This document shows, piece after piece, positions 57,126 to 64,000 of a DNA stretch of 64,000 bases. The translations under genes were made by a program, and so were the position numbers. The notes beneath the pieces were generated by a model. The model was not told the origin of the DNA, did not search any database, and worked only from the letters and a program-made list of their open reading frames with translations. The first letter of the stretch is position 1, and every line of letters starts with the position of its first letter. Source of the stretch: Antedon mediterranea (Eukaryota; Animalia; Echinodermata); the NCBI RefSeq assembly GCF_964355755.1, contig NC_092676.1, forward strand, positions 16,200,871 through 16,264,870, written 5' to 3'.

Positions 57126-57846
57126 TTTAAAAACTATGGAACGCAAAAAGTGCTAATATAGTAGTTAATATTATAATGGCAGGATAAACATCACAGAGTA
57201 CGGTTGGACTAGGGCCTACATAATAGACGAAATAAAACGGAAAATTCAATGTAAATTATAACACACTGGGCCTAATCGTTTAATTGATAGGTAGTATTTA
57301 TTTATATTGTTTGAAATAAATAAATATTTCTTCACATTCTGTATACAGGAATAACTGTCGACAGACATTTAATAAATTAATAATATTTAAACCATAATTC
57401 GGTCTACTAATGTATATACATCAATATAAAAAGAATAAAATATTAACATTAAAATCATAACAAATAAAAAGGCAAGAATACAAATTGCATAAGCATTATG
57501 GGTATAGGTTCCATGCACACACACCCAGACATGAATGTGCATTATTTTCAAATAGGCCTTACAGTTTTTTTTGTATGACATTTTTATTTTCATTTCGTTT
57601 CTACTTCATAATTATTCATAATTAATACAGTACACCATGGGAAGAGAGAAATTTGCTTCCATAACAGTCCATAGGGATGTGATTGTGATTTTATTGTATT
57701 AAATTATGGATTCATGGAATTTGTCATGGTGTGTTGTTACTAATTTCTTCCTCACTATCATCCGATGACCATCCAGAAACAGCTACCATTTTAACTGTTG
57801 CCCGTTGTCACGGAATACGTCTCAAAACAGGTGTGAATGTTTAAAA

Positions 57847-58597
57847 TGTAACGATGAACGGACGCGCGTCACGTTGAAAAAAAACGGCGCCATCTTCCGT
57901 TACACGAAACGGAACAGGTACGGATGGTGGTGTTGTAAAACGGCCGAGAGTGCGAAGCTACTACAATTATTACACAAGGCGTACTAGCTTACCTTTTAGG
58001 CGGGACTGGTCTCTTGCCCCCTGGTGGCCCAGATGAAGTGCGATACACAGAAGAGTACGAACAGTCCACTCCGATGTGTGGCTGCTGGTAGTGATAAACA
58101 CACAGGCCAGCCTAGGAGGACTAAACGTACCTTAATTCTGTTACTGTGTATGTGTGTGGCTACCCAGTGAGCAATCCCTCAGTACTAGCTAGGCTAGTAG
58201 GGTCGAGCTTGACCCCTTGTGGCTCGTACCTCGTAATAGTAGCAATGAGGCTTAAACTATACTATATAGGCCTATAACCTATTCAATCACAGTGAATACC
58301 TGTTGTTCCACCAATATTACCGTAGAACTGGCTTATATACCGCTCAGTCTAGGCTGGGAAGCTTACACAGGAAACCCTGCTGGCTATAGGCTAGTCGGCT
58401 AATGTATATCAAACACCAGGGAACGTGCGTAATGGCTGATACTGATACAGCATAGGCTTAGGCCTAGTCACGATTTACGTCCGTTCCGTCTAATGTCATG
58501 CGTTCAAAGAGGCCGCTCCGGCACCGGTCAGTAACGCATGTGACCTCGGGTCACACCTTGGGTCGACCCATTATTATATAAGGGGGTTTTCACTACA
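57847..58597 (-). mobile_element. Putative 3' LTR (~750 bp) of the LTR retroelement
   Basis: On the minus strand a polypurine tract GGGAGGAG directly precedes TGTAGTG (58597), and the segment ends in ...GTTACA at 57847. The second LTR is outside the window, so the ends are unconfirmed. Confidence 0.6.
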
Positions 58598-59138
58598 CTC
58601 CTCCCAATTTTATAAAGGCTGAGCCCAGTGTTCTGATGTGGTCCAGTGCCTGGTAGCAATCGAGACTGCTTAATTAGGAGGATTTGAGGTAAACTCAGAA
58701 AAGTCCATCCCAATTGAAAATCTGCAAAGATAACCATTCTACACATCTTCCACAGTGAACCAGATCCAGCTCAGGATAGCAATGTGGTAAACGGTCAGTT
58801 AACTACCCAGGGGCTGTCAGTCGCGAGGTTGGAGTTACTTCACCCTTCTTCTCAGCGAGACAAAGAACAGTCTTAGGCTAATCAATTTGATAACAGTACT
58901 GGTCCATAGGGGACACAGCTTCGTGGATTTGCCCTGTGGCTGGCTAAGGTATAGCACATAGCCCTTGTCGGGTGAGGACACGGAAATCGTTATCCCTTTC
59001 CATGCATCACTGCGTCTCCCCACAGGTAAATCCAATAACCTTTTTACCTTATACGAAATGAGAGTCCATCATCGGACGAATGTAGGGCGGCTTTATTCAA
59101 CCAAAAGAATTCCAAACTTGGGCTGGAAGAATTAGCTC

Positions 59139-60443
59139 CTAAAGTCGGTATCTCAGGCTGAACTGCCGTGACCATGCAACCTTCGTCCTGTGAATATACA
59201 AGTAATTTAATCCATTTGGGGCCCGGGTTTCTGTAATGGTCCTTAAACCTCCTGGGTCCCAAACAAAACCCTCACTCCCTATCTCGACACTTGTGTATCG
59301 AATCTGAGCAACTCCTTGAGTGACAATGCAGTGCTCGGATTCCTCCAAACAATACACTGCATTCAGGCTTAACCTTTTCTCCTGAGTGGCAAGAGAAGAC
59401 AGTCCTGCATCCTTAATGGAGGCGGGATGGGCACACAATGCACCGAGTATGTTGACCAGATGACGGGGTCCTGCCGAAACAGGCACATCATTGCTGGGTA
59501 CTGAACACACGTCAGCAGCGTTAACCGCACCCACTTCCGTCGGCTCGGTCTCCGTGGCTGGGGCAATGTTCCTGCCCTTCTTCAATGTGATGTACTGATT
59601 AGAAGTGTTGACCACACACAGGTGCGACTTCCGCAATCCCTGGTGTGTGGTAACTGGAATTGCCAACGAAGACTTCATCTCTGGACCTATAATGTAATCT
59701 GGTAATGGTAAATTGTTCGGTACGAGTTGACATTGGACACGCATTACTGAGTGTGGTGGTATCACTCTACGTTTGGCAACAAGGACACGGGCGATTCCAG
59801 AGGATTCGGATTCCCGATTTTTCCTCACAGACACCATGCTAGAGCCTATTGTTAGCAGCAACTGTCCGCAGTCTATCATGGCCTTATTTTTCACCATAAA
59901 ATCCTGACCTAGTAACATTTCATCATGAATCGGTGCTACATAGAAGAATTCAGTGTAGACATCCGATCCCAATCTCAAGTTAATAGGTCGTCCCACTCTG
60001 TAACCAGGCATTGATGTACCTCTACCTGCTAGAGTAAAGTTAAGCTCGGCTACAATAGGTGGTTTAGACAATAAACGTGAGTATACATTATCTGAGAGTA
60101 TTGTCCGTTCCGCAGCCGTGTCCACAACAGCTGCCACTTCGGTTTGATTTACGCAGGCAGTGGTGAATAAGGCACGGTTGGATTGTACTCTGTTGATAAT
60201 AATGGTTTTTTCAGTCTCATCTGCTTTGGTCTCTACCTCCACGGTTTGAGCTTGGTTTGTTGCACTCAACCCCAACAGATCGTCGGTCGGAGTAGTGCCT
60301 ACAAATGAACCTTTGCAACCTGGGAGTAGTGCCAGCGTGTTCTCTGAAAAAATACTCATAGAAACACTATTATTATCATGGACATTATTATTATCATTGA
60401 CATTATTCTTTTTATGTATTTCAGCCTTTGAGTCAGAGCCCAT
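59139..60443 (-). CDS. Ty3/Gypsy-type aspartic protease region of a truncated pol
   Basis: AVVDTAAERTILS (retropepsin catalytic motif), EMLLGQDFM and the post-protease IPPHS...VVN...ITLKKG segment. No RT (YxDD), RNase H or integrase follows. Confidence 0.8.
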   Translation of the reverse strand: MGSDSKAEIHKKNNVNDNNNVHDNNSVSMSIFSENTLALLPGCKGSFVGTTPTDDLLGLSATNQAQTVEVETKADETEKTIIINRVQSNRALFTTACVNQTEVAAVVDTAAERTILSDNVYSRLLSKPPIVAELNFTLAGRGTSMPGYRVGRPINLRLGSDVYTEFFYVAPIHDEMLLGQDFMVKNKAMIDCGQLLLTIGSSMVSVRKNRESESSGIARVLVAKRRVIPPHSVMRVQCQLVPNNLPLPDYIIGPEMKSSLAIPVTTHQGLRKSHLCVVNTSNQYITLKKGRNIAPATETEPTEVGAVNAADVCSVPSNDVPVSAGPRHLVNILGALCAHPASIKDAGLSSLATQEKRLSLNAVYCLEESEHCIVTQGVAQIRYTSVEIGSEGFVWDPGGLRTITETRAPNGLNYLYIHRTKVAWSRQFSLRYRL

Positions 60444-60487
60444 AGAAGATGACAGGTTGAGAAGCTGGGCTGCGTTCCCAACCTGCT

Positions 60488-63400
60488 CTAGTTTGACGTC
60501 TGCTTACCTTCTGACCCAAATTGACAAACCTGTTGACCGGGTTCCTGGCCCTCAACGCACACTCGGGGTGGCAATGCTGGGTCCTGTCTAACCGGTGTTG
60601 GTGTTGCCTTGGGTTGTCGTTGTAGTGTAGTTAGCAGAATATCAAATTTGGTTGTCAACTGGTTAATTTGGTTCGACAACTCACTTACTAGGCGAGTGCC
60701 CCTGTTATCCTGTTGAACTATTTTAGACTCGACGGCTCCATCAGTGGGATCTGGGTTTGGCTGTGAAGGTAACCGGTGATCCTTGGGATCAGGCTTCTTC
60801 GTTAGCCTAGGAACGGTAGAGTTTCGCTGGCTCGCCGGGCGAGTCCGACCCTTGCTAGGTTTACTTACCTTCCGAACCTCTACCTCTGCCCCACCATCAA
60901 AAGATTCCCCTCTATACCTGGATGAGGTTGGGTGTACCAGATGTTTAGGCATGGTGGTAAACCGGACATGCGGCTTCACTGGTTCCTGTTGTCTACTCCT
61001 CGTACGAAGGCAGAGTTCTCTCAGCCCAGTGTACTTCTCGTAAGCTGCCATTGCTTCAGTCAGGGTGGTACAGTTCTGGTGAAGCATATACTGCCCAGCG
61101 TCAGCGTCAAGACAACCCACACAGAATTTCACAACCGCCCTTTGACAGATCCAACCTTGCGGGAGATCGCTAAAGGCTTTTCTAGTCAGTGTGAGAACTC
61201 TGTCGCCCCAATCTTCTATAGATTCTCCTTCATGCTGTACAGCAGCTTCGAATTTCACTTCCAAGACCTCGGGTAACTCTTCGGCCTTAAAGCGTTCGTC
61301 AAAAGCTTGTACGATGTGTCTGAAAGAGATATCTACATTCATGTCAGTTAAATTAATAAAATACTCAGCAGCTATGCCGGTAACGCACCAACTGAAAGCA
61401 TTGCGCATTCCCCTATTGCTGAGGTCATGCTCGTCAGCGTAATTGAGGAAGCGTTCCTTAAAGAGAACCCAATTATCCTTGCCATTAAATACTAGACTTT
61501 TGGGAATATCCTTGGGCCTGAAATGCTTCTGCCGCCTAAGGGTTCTACATTCAGTATTCCTCAAGAATTCCCTGAAGTCAGCTAAATACGCATCATGCTC
61601 ACTTTCACCATCAGAGTCATCCTCCCAGGCCGCGATTTTTTTTTTCGTACATAAGTTGGGGACCCCCTCATGAAACGTCACAAAATAAACATGAATAATT
61701 CATCAGTTAAATTTTCTTGTTCCGTGTGCACCCAAGCGTATAGCAACAAGAAGTGATTACACAAGTGCGGTACGATTCTAGGCCTATCTCCGCTGTTGAA
61801 GAATAGCGGCGTTTTGTGTGGATTGTCGAAATAATCGGCCTTTAGTTTATGGTGTTTTTAATAAAATTTATTACTAAAGAATTACGTGTTAAAATTATAG
61901 TTTCTATTAATACTATTAGGCCTAATTATTAGTCTCTAAACCCATGTCTATTCTAGTAGTTACGTAGCTGTGTGGATGTGTGTGACGTGTGTGTGTGTTA
62001 GGTATGACCAAAGATAGTTACACTATCTTTGGTAATAGTTACACTATCTTTGGTATGACACAATCCGAGTAATAAGTCAGCAAAATTAAACAATAAACAT
62101 TACACAAAAATACATTTTTTATTCTCGTGGGTCAAATCTTCCCATCTCATGTGTTCATATACGCGCATTTTTAAAGTTCCTTTGAGTACATTGCATATTG
62201 TTTGATAATTAATAGCAGAATTTAAAAAATACAGTACACAAATTATACACATTCTTTATTCTTGTGGGTCTAAGCTTTCTTTGGGCTATGTCCAAGAACG
62301 CTTGGGTGCACACGGAACAACAACTGCGATACGATTCTTTCTACAATAATAGGCCTAGGATTCTAGGTCAATTCACGTGATTGCCTTCGCGCACTCTTCT
62401 TCACACACACGTCCACTATGCAAAATGTGTCGAGGCTAATCGACAGCTAGGCAAAACATTAAACTAAGTAGTAATTGGACATAGCCCAAAGACACAAGTC
62501 ACACACACCCACACAGCTACTACTAGAATATACAGGGGTTTAGATTAGAGACTAGTAATTAGGCCTAATAGTATCAATAGAAACTATAATTTTAACACGT
62601 AATTCTTTAGTAATAAACTATATTAAAAACACCATAAACTAAAGGCTGATTATTTCGACAATCCACACAAAACTCCGCTATTCTATTATGAAATCTCACG
62701 CGGCAACCACAGCGGAGATAGGCCTAGAATCGTACCGCACTTGTGTAATCACTTCTTGTTGCTATACGCTTGGGTGCACACGGAACAAGAAAATTTAACT
62801 GATGAATTATTCATGTTTATTTTGTGACGTTTCATGATGGGGTCCCCAACTTATGTACGAAAAAAAAAATCGCTCCCAGGCCCAACCAACATGTCGTGTC
62901 GGAGGTTCACCTCTAGAGGCACGCCTTGTGGAGGGTTGAGATCTCCTATCCCTTAGTTCCCTATGATCATAACGAGGTTCATAAGAGACTGGAGTCTGTT
63001 GGGTGTTATAGGAGCTATAAAAATCTTTTCTTTCCCTATCATACATTGTGGGCCTATCTTGTGGTGCTTGGTATGTTGATGTGGCTTGGGTCTGATAATA
63101 GACTGGCGTACCACTGGTCTTATAATTAAAATGCGTCCCACAATTATCCTGCCAGGTAGATGTTTCTTGGGTATCCTGTTGGGAAGGTGTTACCCGGGCA
63201 CCATGGTAGTAGGATATCGGAGTAGTGTCCTGACGTACAAGCGTTGTCCAGGTATCGTGATACGCAATTGGACTGTTGGCGCTTGATTTAGGAACCCTCC
63301 CAGAATTGCACGATAAAGTATCTACTGGTGAATCAGACAGTATATCAGAGACTCTTGTATCGTAATTCTGATTTGCCTCTGTTTTAGGATGTAGAGAAGA

Positions 63401-63724
63401 ATATCTTGACTCTATTCCTAACCCAAAATGGTCGGGTGGATAAGCAACCTCAAGTGGTGTGCTGGTATCCCGGAGCTCACGGTAAATCGTTGAGTCTCCG
63501 CCTCTCCCTCCCCATCTCGGGTTTGGAGTGAAATCCAACCATTTCATAAACTTGCCTTTTCCTGAGCCTCTTATTATCTTCCCTATGTTATTCGGGGTGA
63601 TGTTGCCGTACCCCTCCCTCCATTCTATAAGTTTTTGAGCACGTGAGGCACCTATGCCAGGCAAAAGGTTAAGATCTAACATGTCGCAAAAATTAATAGA
63701 AACGAATCGGGATTTTGGAGGCAT
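60488..63724 (-). CDS. LTR-retrotransposon Gag-like protein with an N-terminal helix-hairpin-helix motif, interrupted by a MITE
   Basis: ORFs 62807..63724 and 60488..61681 join in frame (RHVGW-AWE-DDSDG) after removal of 61632-62873 and one TSD. Capsid-like FNGKDNW..FK.RF...AAEYF and QHEGESIEDWGDRV...KFC.G. Degenerate knuckle CVEGQEPGQ. N-terminal INF.....L..LPGIG..RA.KLI..R. Confidence 0.8.
61632..62873. mobile_element. Family A MITE copy 2 (long foldback arms) inserted in gag
   Basis: Same termini as 1091-2017. 9-bp TSD TCCCAGGCC at 61623-61631 and 62874-62882. Arms of ~370 bp. Confidence 0.9.
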
Positions 63725-64000
63725 GCTAAATTATCAAATTACTACTAAATCGTATAGAATTGAAGTAGACCCAACAATGCTATACCAATACAATAAAAAA
63801 TCGACTTGTGTATAACTGAGGATTGTACTTCTTATATACTACAACTATAAAAATATATATAATAGAAGTAAAAACAACTTTCTCTAAAAGGCAATATTAA
63901 AGAAAAACGAATTACACCTGCTTAATAGAAATCACAGTTGCTTAACGTGATATGCAAATGAAGTCAAAGAAACGTGCGAAGTCCGCCCACAAGTGTCTTA

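Overview
Eukaryotic, AT-rich, intron-containing animal DNA. It is probably an invertebrate deuterostome such as an echinoderm (inferred from gene structures and repeats, not proven). Host genes reconstructed by hand: (1) two tandem iodothyronine-deiodinase-like selenoprotein genes (13.6-16.0 kb and 19.5-22.9 kb), each with an in-frame TGA in a S-A-S-U-P-P-F motif and a conserved SECIS in the 3' UTR, and neither with the usual N-terminal membrane anchor; (2) an alpha-tubulin; (3) a 23-exon PDE10A-like phosphodiesterase with a GC-AG intron and a 2.6-kb intronic minisatellite; (4) a decayed protein kinase pseudogene; (5) GPN2, whose last intron is a 4.9-kb AT-AC minor-spliceosome (U12) intron full of transposons. 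The first 10 kb is one LINE broken by four DNA-transposon insertions, three of which carry nested elements. Two of the insertions are near-identical inverted copies that form a ~4.2-kb palindrome. The last 6 kb is an LTR retroelement lacking RT and integrase. Its Gag starts with a helix-hairpin-helix domain, is split by a MITE, and is joined to the protease frame by a predicted -1 frameshift pseudoknot. All calls were made by eye; no database searches were run.
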